From Chrysomallon squamiferum (lineage: Eukaryota; Animalia; Mollusca): a stretch of DNA of 64,000 nucleotides. Shown here piece by piece: positions 41,894 through 54,773 of the stretch. Both the position numbers and the translations under genes were made by a program. The stretch is taken from the NCBI GenBank assembly GCA_012295275.1, contig CM022673.1, positions 19,406,001 through 19,470,000 on the forward strand. The letters are read 5' to 3'. Every line of letters starts with the position of its first letter. The stretch's first letter is position 1. The notes under the pieces are model-generated. The model was not told the origin of the DNA. It saw only the letters and a list, made by a program, of their open reading frames with translations, and ran no database searches.

Positions 41894-42219
41894 TATTATT
41901 ATTATTTTTTTTTTTTTATTATTATTATTATTTTTTTTTTTTTTAAATACGTAAGTCAAACAGGAACATATTAAAACAAAAATAATAAAATAAATAAAAC
42001 ATGGCTTCGGATGTACCCACATTTAAACATGAGATTATCCATCGTTCTTTCCAAAATTATGTAGATGTAGGATTAATGTACAAATTTAGTTCAACAACAG
42101 GTAAATGGCTAAATCTATACGAAATTATGTGTTGTTCATTTAAGGATGGTAGCATGGAGCATGGTACCCACAGTCCAGGGGTAGATCCAGCTAAAAAAAA
42201 AAAAAAAAAATTTGTCGTA

Positions 42220-43690
42220 GCACCCCAAGTATTCAGAAGGTTTAATGGAAGATTTAACTTGGACATTATTCCGGTAATGTTTAAGGACCGGTAGTACTCT
42301 CATATTGTGGTATCACTAATTTGATAAGCCGCGTTAAAGCGAGAGGTGGTAAAAAACACAAAAAAACACCTAATTTTCAATATACATATAGCAATTATTA
42401 ATGTCCAGAGCAAGAGACCGTGAATAGTCAGATTCGTCCAAGACTGAAATAATTTTGTGCAGGGGTCTCCCAGGAATACATTTGCGATGTTATCTATTTA
42501 AAAAAAGTGAAAATGATTACATAAGGCGGCCATTTTTCAAATGGCCGCTACAAACTTAATTTTGGACAAAATTTACCCTTCCGAATGAATGTATTCATAT
42601 CGCACTAGTATTCGAAGGTTTGATGGTACATTTTATTAGGGTATCATCCTAGGAATATTTTAGTGTAGTATCATTAAATAGCTACAGCGTTTTGAAGGAA
42701 TGGGGGGGGCAAATACCCGAATATTCATTTCACCCAAAGAAATAGTTAGTTCATGAAATAAGGAAATATGTATCAAAAATGTATTAAAATAATTTTAGCA
42801 TTTCCCAGGATTGATAGTAATGACATTTTTCTGTCATCATGGGAGGCTTTTTAAAATGGTGTAAATCAAAATATGCATCTCATTTTAATGTCTAATCATG
42901 TTTTTTGTTGGTTGTAGATTATAATATATAATAAAAATGTAGATTAATTGGAATTACAGAAAAACGTGGCAGGTTAGAGCAAACACTCTCAAGGAGTATA
43001 CCACAAGGAATATGTTTGATATACATGTTGGTGAATTAATGGTAAAACGAGAAACTTAGAAACACACTTCTGCAATAAATCCTCTCTGTCATTATTTCAG
43101 AATTTATGACAAATCCATCTGTGATTTCAGTATCTATGTTTGTTAAAACTCCTACCGATATTATTGTACCAACTGATGTACACCTATTTTTGTTTGTGTA
43201 AACAAAGCTAAAACTGAAAACATTGCAACCTTGTCACAGAAATAAAAATAACAATGAAAAACGCAGCTAATACAAAAGCTGAATCAGTTTATATCATCAA
43301 ATCAAACAGATAACTTTTAGAATAGCTTGCCACTAAAGGAAGGACCAAATATATTAGTGAAAAATAACAGAAAATAGAAGAAAAAAAACAGAAGCATAGG
43401 ATAGAAAGTGAAATGAGAGGCATACACTGAATTACACCTAAAATTCAATGGCGTTTTTTTTAAAAATGGCCTTTCATGAAGATTAATCTGGAAATGTTAA
43501 TGCTAAAATCCGAGATGAAAATGTCTTATGAACTAATAGTGTGTGTGTGTGTGTGTGTGTGCGTGTGTGCGTGTGTGTGTGTGTGAAATGAACAGTTCGG
43601 TTATCTGAACCCTCCTCAGTGATATATTCTGGTGGTACTACTAGTCCTAGGATGTTACCCTACAAAATGTACCTACTAAATTTACAAACT
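42220..43690. mobile_element. Degenerate foldback / non-autonomous DNA element remnant
   Basis: Inverted matches 42625-42654 vs 43645-43673 and ~42716-42733 vs ~43583-43600; GCGGCCATTT…AAATGGCCGC hairpin at 42526-42548. Confidence 0.4.
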
Positions 43691-44019
43691 TGTATGTGAT
43701 CGAGTTGATTTATCTTCATTCATTAGTTCATTTCCAGGGAGTATTCCTCCCTAACATCTGAAGAATATGTTACATAGATTAGCTAGATTAGCATCTTATT
43801 TGTTACAATCATTATTTGCTGTTTAAATATTGTTTCAAGTGTATATGAATATAACTGATGTTTGATTGTTCTTCCTTGGAAGCAAACATCACCATGTCTC
43901 ATGGATGGAGGAGGGCTGATACTGACGTTCCTGAAACATTACATGATGGTAAACAGCACATTTTTAAAGAATTCCCACTTTGTCTGATTTCTACATGCAA
44001 AACATGATCATGATGATGC

Positions 44020-44280
44020 CAGGTTTTGGTTAGATGAGTTTGCCAGGGATATCACCAAATTCTGTCTACAAAATAGTAGTACCAACTGTTGAATGTGGAG
44101 GCAGGGTTTCCTACCAAATCTTTCAAGAGAAAGAGAAAAATGCCTGAGTTAACAGATATGCTACTGCAGAAGAATAGGAATATCATGAAGAGATTTTCTC
44201 TTCAGTATTCAAAACAAATCAAGACTATAAAATGTAATCAACACCTTTATAGACTCTTGCTTACAACATGGTTATAACTC
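44020..44280 (+). mobile_element. Possible decayed hAT transposase fragment
   Basis: …FPTKSFKRKRKMPE… resembles the basic RKRKxMPGE segment of hAT transposases; broken frame. Confidence 0.25.
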
Positions 44281-46934
44281 GTTAAAACTTTTTTAAAGTT
44301 TAATAAAGTTTGAATACAGATTTTTCAACCAAATTTTAATTTTCTAATACTTCCAACATATCATCCAAGAAAAGACCAACAAGAATACTAGTAGCAACAT
44401 TAACATAATCGATGATTAAATATTGTCCACACACATCATCATTGCAGAATCATATTCTCTTGTCTGCAGAATAGAATAATGTAATGGAATAACCTTCAAA
44501 TATGTGTTTCCTAATTTCTTACCTTCTTAAATAACTGTAAACTACACTGACATTTACCATAATATTTTACCTATCTGACAAAGGAGATTCTGTTTCATCT
44601 TTTTAATTGTTAAATAAATATAAATTGTATGCTTCTGATGTGTTCAGTTAAGGGCTGCTGCACTAGCTAATTGTATAACATGGAATATATTCAGAAACAA
44701 ATTTAAAAATTTTATCATATTTTATATAATGGAAATATGTAACTGAAGCCTGACCATCAAACAATTCAGTAAGCCATGCTTTTTTTTTAACTGAAATAAC
44801 ATATTTTTAAACCCTTTGACACATAGGGTGCATAATCACTAAATTTTTGATTTATTGAAGAAATAAGAACACATATAGTTTTAAATGACTGATTGACAAA
44901 ATGTATGCTTCAGGGAAAAAAGAAACAGTCTATTTAAATACCACATATTGTAACAGTTTTTGTTTGTTATATTCAGCTAATGCAAAATTGTTTCATTTCA
45001 ATTGCAGATTAAATGTAGCCGACATGGAAAGGTAAGGAAAGAAAATTTGTAGATATTCTAAGTAATGACTAATGGAAGTTGAAACAAGAGGAAATATGAC
45101 TTTAACAACATAGATAAAAAAAAAAAAAAAAAAAAATACCACTCATTATGGTTTCAGGAAGGACTGAGGCCTGTGATACTGATGTTAACTGTATGCACAC
45201 TTCTGTGAAAATCTGGATTCATGACAATTGTAATGTGCTGGTTGTAATGTTGTACTTGTTAAGTAAGTAATCAGTAAATATGTTGATTTTTAGACATTAT
45301 ATTCTGATATCAGAATTATATTACTTGTTAACTGAAATTAATTATTTTTCACAATGCAATGGGGTTAATTCATGTGTGATGTTGAGCCAATCCCACACAT
45401 ATCAAAATGCTGTACAGATGAGGTATTACGTCCAAAGAAAATTCCTCACTTATCACAGAAGCCTCTTGTGGAAATGAGACTATATTAAATGGGTAGTGAA
45501 TGTGTGAGGCACTCTCACATAAGAACAGCTGGAAAGAATGTGATACATATGGCATTTGGTTTATGTGCAAAGAATGGGGGCATTAGTGTGCTTAATTTGT
45601 ACACTACAATATTATTAATTTGTTTCGGAAATTTTGACTGCCGTTTTAAAAAAATGTATTGTTGCTAAATTTTGTATATACTATAATATTGTCTTTATTA
45701 ACTGTTACTCAGCATTTCACAAATGTTTAGTAGTCACTGAACCCATATAGATTAGGTGAAAAAAACTGCAGTAACTTAAGACCTAAGTTTTAAAAAAAAA
45801 AATAAAAAGCAAATAAACATTAAAATTATGTATTAATTGTTAAAAATATTCAGTTTCCATTATTAAAACTGAACATCAACAAGAAGAAGGAACAAAGTAA
45901 ACTTTTAAAATCAAATTTATGTTTTTATTTTGTTTTTTACATTTACTTTATCAAATTTATTAGATGTTCTCAGAAAGACAGTAACAAAATACAGTGGGAA
46001 TGGAATTTGGATTTTTTTAAATCTTGATCAATAAATTCTAAATATAAACACATAACCAATGATAGCTTGTGCAGAACCTCTTTGAGAAACCCTGGATCTA
46101 ACTTAAGTGAAACTAATTTGTTTTTGGTATAGGGTTGATCTCAATACCTATTTACCTTTTCATACACAATTCATATAGAAAGTTTAATGAAATTAGCAAT
46201 AAAAATGAAGCTTTTAATTATAACCAAAAATTTATTAATAAAAAAAGTATTATTTAAAATCTTTCTCAGTATATTGTGCTTTGAGATATGGACCCTACTC
46301 TAGATCAAGTATGAATATATATTATATTGGAAAACAGACCATACCACTGAAATATCTTATTTGGTTGTTGCACAGAGATAATACACAAAGATCATGTTTA
46401 ATATTTTAGTAGATACTATACTGAGTTATCTTATTCAGAGTGTTGTACATAGATAATACACAAAGATTATGTATTAAAACATTTAATAGTGTAATATATA
46501 CTGTATCATTGAGGTATCATTCTTGTACAGAGGCAATATGCAACAGATCATGTATAAATGTATAAACTTTTCTATTACATACCTCATCAAGTTGCATGTA
46601 CTTTCCACATATGTGATTCTTAAACCTAAATAGTATTACAAGAGATACTAATGACCGTATTAAGAATCTGAATGTGTTGGAATTTTTTATGAACTCGTCA
46701 CTAACTTTATAATAACATTTGACATCAGCTATATTCCATTTGTGTTATTAACTGTATACATAGCATTAATAAAAATAAAATAAAAGCTTTACATAACTGA
46801 ATGAACCGTCTTGTGAACCTCACTTAGTTTTTTCCTACATAGCAATTTACAGTGATATATGGTATGAACTTCAGATTCACCTAAGACAAATTCCATAGAA
46901 CTGGTAAATGTGTGTGTGTGTGTGTGTGTTGTTA

Positions 46935-47013
46935 TTATTATCTGAAGTTTTTTCTAAGGATCATAACTATATTCCCACAAGGAATTATCCTTAGAAAAAA
47001 CTTCAGATAATAA
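46935..47013. repeat. Perfect inverted repeat, 27-bp arms, 25-nt loop
   Basis: TTATTATCTGAAGTTTTTTCTAAGGAT … ATCCTTAGAAAAAACTTCAGATAATAA. Confidence 0.9.
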
Positions 47014-47399
47014 GTAAGATAATAATAATAAGTAACACTCAGTAAGATGATAATAAGATAAATTATAATAATATAATTAGCACAATTCAAATCAAGTAAA
47101 TGCCATTATAAACTTTGTTAGATAGATTCTAATACAATATGTTGGATATATGCATCAACCGGTATTAACAAAAATCTGCAATAAACAATTATTTTTATTC
47201 ATTTAACACCATCATCATGATCATGTACTATAAAAAATAATAATAATAATAATTACTGGTGTAGGTGTATGTAACTATTTGATTTTATATATATAGTCCC
47301 CAACATATCTATATATATATAACGTCTTTCATTCTGTTAGTCTGAGAATACCGCTGATACATCATCTCATACTTAATTAAAATATATTCATAATACTGC

Positions 47400-47646
47400 A
47401 ATAAATAGTCCCCAACATGGCGCACTGGATTCTAGAGAGCGCCACCTCCTGGAGGTGAGATCTTCAAAATATGAAGGTCAAAATGGTATTATACTTACAG
47501 TAATAAATAAAAAATATAGTGTAAATTGCAGGAGTGGAGTAAAATTGTCGAGAATCAGATGGTTAATTGTTAATGAATGGTATGGGATCAAAATGTAAAA
47601 AAGAACTGAAATGAAATTTCCATGACAGTCACTGAGTCAGGTAAGG
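47400..47646 (+). promoter_or_regulatory. Candidate promoter / first non-coding exon of the NLR-like gene
   Basis: Strong donor CAG/GTAAGG at 47640/41; GAAATGAAA (IRF-type), TGAAATTTCC (kB-like) and TGAGTCA (AP-1) within 35 bp; locally more CpG by eye. Confidence 0.35.
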
Positions 47647-48329
47647 CTCCGATATTTATTATTTTAAATGCCCAAAGCAGTAAAAACTCTAGACTAGGGA
47701 CTGTTGACTGTTGTACGGTAAAATAAGACCAACAAGTTAGTTATTTTTATCGGTGATCAAAATTAATAAGAATAGCCTAATCTCAGCTATATTTATTCGT
47801 CGGGAAACCAACAAATAAAAATAAGTGTCGCCAAATACATAGTTCAAAATGTTTTCGATACGAATTGTGGAGAAATCTGAAACAGTGATAGTGAAGAATT
47901 CCACTTTAAGTGCACTGTTGCGAGATTATCATTTATTGTTGGTAATTTTGCAGTACATTTACTATTTTGCTACTATCTATTGTTCTGCAGATATGAAAAG
48001 AGGTCATTATATGATAGAAAAAATAAATTTAATTTAAAAGTTCTGGTATGAAAGTACTTTTAAACCAACGTATGCGCTAAACCGATCTAGCTTTCTGAAA
48101 CTGGGGTATTTTATTTAAAAATTTGTGACGGAAAATATATTTTGTTTGTGTAAGTACTGGTTCGTAAATTTAGATCAGAAGTAGTAGAATTTGTTCAGAA
48201 TTTTTGGGGGTTGTTTCTTAATCAGGGTGTGGTAGAATTAGTAATCCTGGCGTGGTTTTTTAAATCAAGGGAGGTAAGTAGGAAGATTCGGATATTCCTC
48301 TAGGTATTCCAATTTTTTTTTTTTTTTTT

Positions 48330-48932
48330 AAATTTCTAAACAAAATGCACCAAAATAAATAAATGAAAAACTTGAAAACAAAGAAATTGATGGTAAAATC
48401 CATATGTTGATAAAAATTTCACTTTTATTTTATAATTTTGTGAACATTTTGGAGCCTAATAAAATAATATATATTAATATTTTACTGGATTCAGATAATC
48501 TTTCTCATAAAGAAACATCCATAGGTGCATATTACAAAACATTCAACAGTTTGTACTAAAATAATCATGAAGTAACAGATCTCCAGAATATAAATCATAT
48601 AAGTTTCAAATGATAAAAAACAAATTTTAGATGTCTTATAGTCAAAAACTGTCACAGGTATGTAGAAAACAAATGTATAACATAGCAAATTTCAGCTCAA
48701 GATTTTTATAATAAATAAAGTTATCAGCTTTCAAAAGTAGCCCCAAACATCTTGACATAGTTGCAAGTGCCAAAAATGGGACCACAGACCATAATTTCAA
48801 AACTAATAAGAATTTTGTCCAAAAATTTCATATGTGTCTATCATTTATATGGATGCACAAATGAGTGAAATTTTATCAAAATCAGAGATGGTCACCGAGG
48901 CATCTCTGGTTGAACTAACATGGAATGACACA
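48330..48932. mobile_element. Old fragment related to the Sola-like elements downstream
   Basis: Ends …AAAATCAGAGATGGTC…CATGGAATGACAC, resembling the right terminus …AAAATCTGAGACGGTC…ACGGAATGACCC; left boundary uncertain. Confidence 0.35.
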
Positions 48933-49632
48933 TTTCCATGATTTGATATAAGTAACTGTTAGGTGCTACAATGGTAAAAAAGACAAAACTGGTTAATTTG
49001 ACAAGTACAAAATAATCTATTATATTTTATTTGACCACTTTTATATATATTTTTGTATCAGAGAAAGAAATATTCTGAGAAAAAAAATTGTATTTGAATT
49101 TATGAATCAGCATCATACAACTTTGAATGTTTATGAATCACAAAAAAATAAAAAATCAGTTGATGTAAAATAATCGATGATAATCAATAAAGGTACTGTG
49201 ACAGATGTGACATATTGTCACTTAACTAAGTTAAAATGTTATAAATTGTCTTCCAGGTTTTAAAATTAACAAGTGCAAAAGAAATAATATTATGTTTCTT
49301 CATTTGATCGTTTCTTTCTTTGGTTAGGTTTTCACTGCCTTTGCACATCTGGTTGTGACATGATTAATGTATGAATCAATTCAGCTGCAGGACATCTGCT
49401 TCCAAGGCTATTGCTTTAAAACAAAAATGGTTATCCTGCTACATTAATTAATTTGTAATTTGTTTGAAAAGTTTATCTAAACAGCCTCAGTCACATTATC
49501 AGGAGCACCTGTCTCAGAATTATCCATTATATTTAGTTTACTTATTTTATCCAGATCAGATAGAAAGATACAGTTGTGCATTTTACAACATCAGTATAAC
49601 AATAATTAGACCATTGAACATAATATACTATT

Positions 49633-52480
49633 GGGTCATTCCGTGTCAAATCACCCAATGGTTTAAACCCGACCGTCTCAGATTTTTATAAAACTTGGTA
49701 TACTTGTTGACTGGGATCCCACAGCACCAAATCTGACATTTTAGCTCAGTCAGACCAGTGGTGTGGGAGATACGGCCCACGGAATTTTGAGATTTTTGCC
49801 AAAAATGGGTGTGACCACCAACCTTAGAACCCTCATATCTCAGGAACTACTGGGCCAATCTTCACAAAATAGGTATTGTTAGAAAGGCAAAATGACAAGG
49901 ATACCAAATCTGCCAATTTTGTTTAGTTTGGAAAATATTGGAGTACCTTGACCTTTTGACCTTTGCTATGACCTTGAAATTGACCGTGTGGATCACGTGA
50001 TCTTGAGATGACCTTTATTGAAATTTAATCTCCCACATGTTAACTAAAACATATAAAAGTTTCCTGGGTGTAATATTTTTTGTTTAGCCACAATATAGAT
50101 TTAAAAATGCACATACCTGAAAATAACACCTTTTCAGCCATTAACATCTGATTGACTAAAACCTGAATGATCAATTCTGGATGCTAGGAATCACCATCTC
50201 TTGATCATCGAGTAAGACATTGTAGGCCTACATGTATGCATAAAGTTCACATATAAAAGTTTCCTGGGTATAATATTTTTGTTTAGCCTTAATAGAGATT
50301 TAAAAAAAAATGCATACCTGCATGGATGATTGATACAATGCATTACAATGTACATTTTCTCTGAGACTAAAAACTCATCTTTGGAGTTAAAACCCACCTG
50401 ACATGTCTGAAGGAATGCCTGAAGGATATGAAAAAGATGCCAAATGGCATGACATGTTCTACACAATCAGGCTCAAAGGGTTAACAGGAAGTAATGCTTC
50501 AGGCAGGTCAGGAACTCCTTTAGATTCCCTGGTGCAATCCCCATTGAGCACATAGCAATTTGAAGTTTAAGACAAAGAAGTTTCTTCATCTGCATTTCTT
50601 TGACAATCTGAAGCTTTTTTAAGTTGGACACAATGTCAGATGTTGATATATAAACAATATTTTTATTTCATAAAACCTATTAAGTAATTTTATCATGTCA
50701 TGTGGGCCTTGCCATTGGTTTTGAACAAGGCTTCAGTCAACAACAGTACAACCCAGTCTGAAATCAGGCGTCATCAAAAAAGTGATGTACTGCATAATGT
50801 ATTTGTACACCCAGTCTTGGCACAGAGTATGAACAAGGTCTACTTCACCTTAATAAACTGTGATCTATACTTGAGAAGATTGACATAAATGCCCAAGACT
50901 TGTGGGCCTTTGGCAATAACACATGTACTCTGCTGCCATTTTATGACCTGCTTAACTTTACTGAAAGGGTTTCAGGATTTGATTTAATATTTAGGAAAGC
51001 ACTGACTTTGAATTGAAGGTGCAGGCCAATACTGAAAATCCTTATTTCTTCCAGGGCTAACTGCAGCTTTAACTCTCCTGAAAATGTGTGTTATCAACAC
51101 CATCATATCAAAAAGGAGTTGTTGCAAAGTGTATGGAAAACTGAGGAAATCGAACTCCTCACTCTTTGAAGTGGGATCAAAACATGGGACATCAAGAGTA
51201 TCATGAACAAGAACGTTTCATCAAATTTTCAACATCGCAGAAAAACTGTTGTGATCCCCTTAATCGCCACCCTGAGCAAGCACGCACTAGATCTTTAAGA
51301 ATTGTTAGCATGGGCACTTACAAATGCTTAGTAAATCCTCCAAAGACACTAGTGCCAGGAGACAAGTTGTGCTGTGACTGTCTGATTACCCTTCAGAAAT
51401 CAAAGGTCCTGCAGAGGATGGCTTTAGTATGGGTGGTACTACAATGGGAGAATTTGGTGATAACTTGCCAGACAAACCGCTGGTTGTTGTTTCCCCAGAA
51501 AAGGACTTTCATTTGAATTCTATTCTGTTGAGTTTAGGCGAAACGCCTGTCAAACTCCATTCACTAGCACATTCCAGTAAATGAATGAAAGGACAGAAAA
51601 AAACTAGCATCAGCTACAGTAACATTAAAATGACATCTTAATGTCTGAATCCTACCCAGAGCGTGTGCAAATCTTGATTTTGTCACCCTTTACCATTGAA
51701 AGGACAATGAATTGAAGGAAGAAATAATCCAATTTTATGAAAGTGATGAGAACAGTAGAATGTGTCTGGGAATGAAGGATACAGTGAGCATTTGAAACAA
51801 ACATAGTGAGAAGGTTAAGCATCAGAAACACCTAGTTCTCTCAAATTTATGTGAACTTTATGCATACATGTAGGCCTACAATGTCTTACTGGATGATCAA
51901 GAAAGATGGTGATCCCTAGCATCCAGAAATGATCATTCAGGTTTTAGTTAATCAGATGTTAATGGCTGTAAACGTGTTATTTTCAGGTATGTGCATTTTT
52001 TAAATCTATATTGTGGCTAAACAAAAAATATTACACCCAGGAAACTTTTATATGTTTTAGTTAACATGTGGGAGATTAAATTTCAATAAAGGTCATCTCA
52101 AGATCACGTGATCCACACGGTCAATTTCAAGGTCATAGCAAAGGTCAAAAGGTCAAGGTACTCCAATATTGTCCAAACTAAACAAAAATGGCAGATTTGA
52201 TGTCCTTGTCATTTTGCCTTTCTGACAATACCAATTTTATGAAGATTGGCCCAGTAGTTCCTGAGATATGAGGGTTCTAAGGTTGGTGGTCACACCCATT
52301 TTTGGCAAAAATCTCAAAATTCCATGGGCCGTATCTCCCACACCACTGGTCTGATTGGGCTAACATTTCAGATTTGGTGCTGTGGGATCCCAGTCAACAA
52401 GTATACCAAGTTTTATAAAAATCTGAGACGGTCGGGTTTAAATTTCTTTTTTTTTTGGGTGATTTGACACGGAATGACCC
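49633..52480 (+). mobile_element. Sola2-like DNA transposon, internally deleted, ~620-bp TIRs, TATT TSD
   Basis: Termini GGGTCATTCCGTGTCAAATCACCC…GGGTGATTTGACACGGAATGACCC; TATT on both flanks; TIRs 49633-50253 / 51848-52480. Confidence 0.8.
51166..51870 (+). pseudogene. Broken transposase (Sola2-type N-terminal region)
   Basis: CCDPLNRH…LVPGDKLCCDC Cys/His cluster and downstream FYESDENSRMCLGMKDTVSI*…KHQKHLVLSNLCELY, with stops and frameshifts, inside the TIRs. Confidence 0.7.
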
Positions 52481-52809
52481 TATTATATCTTCTACTACCT
52501 ATTGCCACTACTACTACTGCTACATCTATGAGACTACTTCCACAATTACTACTACTACTACTTGTAGCATTAATATTGCTTTAATTATCGTTATGATTAT
52601 TATTATCATTGTTATTGTTATCATCATAATCATCATCATCATTATTAGTATAGATTACTAAGATAAAGATTTTAAGTATTTGTATTTAAAACATTAAGAG
52701 AAGCAAGTATTTATTTGCTTTCACACTGCTGAAATTGACAATACACAGTATTTTTTATATTTTTATACAAAAAAATAAATATATAAATAAAATTGGTATT
52801 TTACATAAT

Positions 52810-54232
52810 GAGTTATTCCATGTCAAATCACCCAATGGGTTAAACCAGACCATCTCAGATTTTTATGAAATTTGGTATACTTGTTGATTGAGATTCCACA
52901 GCTGAAATTTTAAGCCAATCAGACCAGTGATGCAGGAGATATGCCCCCCCCCCATGAATTTTGAGACTCACCCGAAATGGGCATGACCATCAACCTTTGA
53001 ACTGTTATATCTCAGGAACTACTGGGCCAATCTTCATAAATTGCCAGTAATAGTAATAATGATGATGATGATTATGATGATAACAATAACAATGATAATA
53101 ATAATCATAACGATAATTAAAGCAATAGTAGTAGTAGTAATACAAGTAGTAGTAGTAGTAATTGTGGACGTAGTCTCATAGATGTAGCAGTAGTAGTAGT
53201 GGCAATAGGTAGTAGAAGATATAATAGTAATGTAGAAGGAGCATTAGTATAATTAGTAGTACTAGAAGTAGTAAGATTACTAGTAATAGAAGTAGCTAAA
53301 TAAGAAATAGCTCTTGTAGTAGTTGTTGATATAATGGTGATGCTAGTAATAGTAGAGGTAGTAACAGTATTTGTGATAATAAAATTAGCAGTAGTGGTGA
53401 TAATGGTGACAGGTAATAACAGGAGCCTAGTGGGAGTTAAAATAGTAATAGCAGTACCAGAAGTAACTACTAGTACCAAATGTAGCATCACTGATAATAG
53501 TGTCAGGAGATGAAAATGTAGTATTAGTAGAAATAGTTAGGAACAAAAGGTAGTGGGAATAGACAGAGTAGTAGAAACTTCTAATTGTCATGTGATCAAT
53601 GGGGATTTCACCATGGTATTTCAAGGAGTTCCTGACATGCCTGAAGCCACACTTCCTGATTGTGTAGAACATCTCATGCCATTTGGCATCTTTTCATATC
53701 TTTCAGACCTGTCAGGTGGTTTTTGACTGCAAAGATGAGTATTTGGTCTCAGAGAAGTCTATACATGTAGAAAACGTACATTGTAATCCATGCAGATATG
53801 CATTTTTAAATCTATATTGTGGCTAAACAAAAAAGATTACACCTTTGAAACTTTTATATGTTTTAGTTAACATGAGGGAGATTAAATTTCAAGAAAGGTC
53901 ATCTCAAGGTCACATGATCCACAAGGTCAGTTTGAAGATCATAACAAAGGTAAACAGATCAGTGTACTCCAAACTGACCAATAATTTGGTATCCTTGTTA
54001 TATTGCCTTTTCAACAGTACCATTTTTATGAAATTGACCCAGTAGTTCCTGAGATATGAGGGTTCAAAGGTTGGTGGCCAAAAATCTCAAAATTTGGTGG
54101 ATATATCTCCCACACCACTGGTCCGATTTGGTGCTGTGGGATCCCAATCAATGAGTATGCCAAGTTTCATAAAAATCTGAGACAGTCAGGTTTAAAATAT
54201 TATTTTGGGGGGTGATTTACACTGAATAACCC
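52810..54232 (-). mobile_element. Second, more diverged Sola2-like copy with TAAT TSD and captured low-complexity DNA
   Basis: TAAT/GAGTTATTCCATGTCAAATCACCC…GGTGATTTACACTGAATAACCC/TAAT; 53590-53800 is the reverse complement of ~50310-50550 of the first element. Confidence 0.75.
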
Positions 54233-54608
54233 TAATGTATCATTCAATACATATACTTTATGGCATTTGTTTACATTGTCTGTATATTGTTATTACATTA
54301 TTACATTTACATTCACAATTTCCAGATAAGTGCTTCTACCTATTAGTCCTTGATATTGAAGGTTCTCTAGAATACATTGTGATATTCATCACAATTTCAT
54401 TTTTACTAGCAAAATGCTTACACAAGTCTTCATGATATAGTGCACATCTAAAAACTGCATTTTCAGGAGGGTTTTTTATGTTTATTATCATATGCTATAA
54501 AGTTTACCTGTAAATTTAATGATTATTTTTATTTTCATAGTGGACCAAATTCCAACCACTGCTGCTGCAATCAGTGTATAAGGCAAAAAATAGAAATATA
54601 ACAATTCT

Positions 54609-54773
54609 ATGATACAGTTTGGAACAAGAGGTGAAGAAAACAACATGGCATCAGACAAATTAAAACATATGTCACCAAATGAACGTTTTTATCAAAGGAT
54701 AAAGAAACCTTTTGTAGAAACAGTGAATCCAAGACATCTTTTACCATATCTATCCCTTAGCATACCTGATGAG
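54609..54773 (+). CDS. NLR-like coding exon 1: CARD N-half (…FVETVNPRHLLPYLSLSIPDE)
   Basis: Acceptor TTTCATAG at 54540; donor GAG/GTGGGT; LLPYL motif of MAVS/RIG-I-type CARDs. Confidence 0.8.

Noticed and set aside
38000-42200. Short ORFs in the intergenic region
   Set aside because: No recognisable motifs or consistent splice chain; several are microsatellite or homopolymer artefacts
51166-51516. Host gene with a Cys-rich domain
   Set aside because: Lies inside TIRs with TSD and continues as frameshifted, stop-containing transposase-like sequence
53117-53491. Thr-rich mucin-like minus-strand ORF
   Set aside because: Low-complexity (ACT/GTA)n DNA inside a transposon; no convincing splice sites
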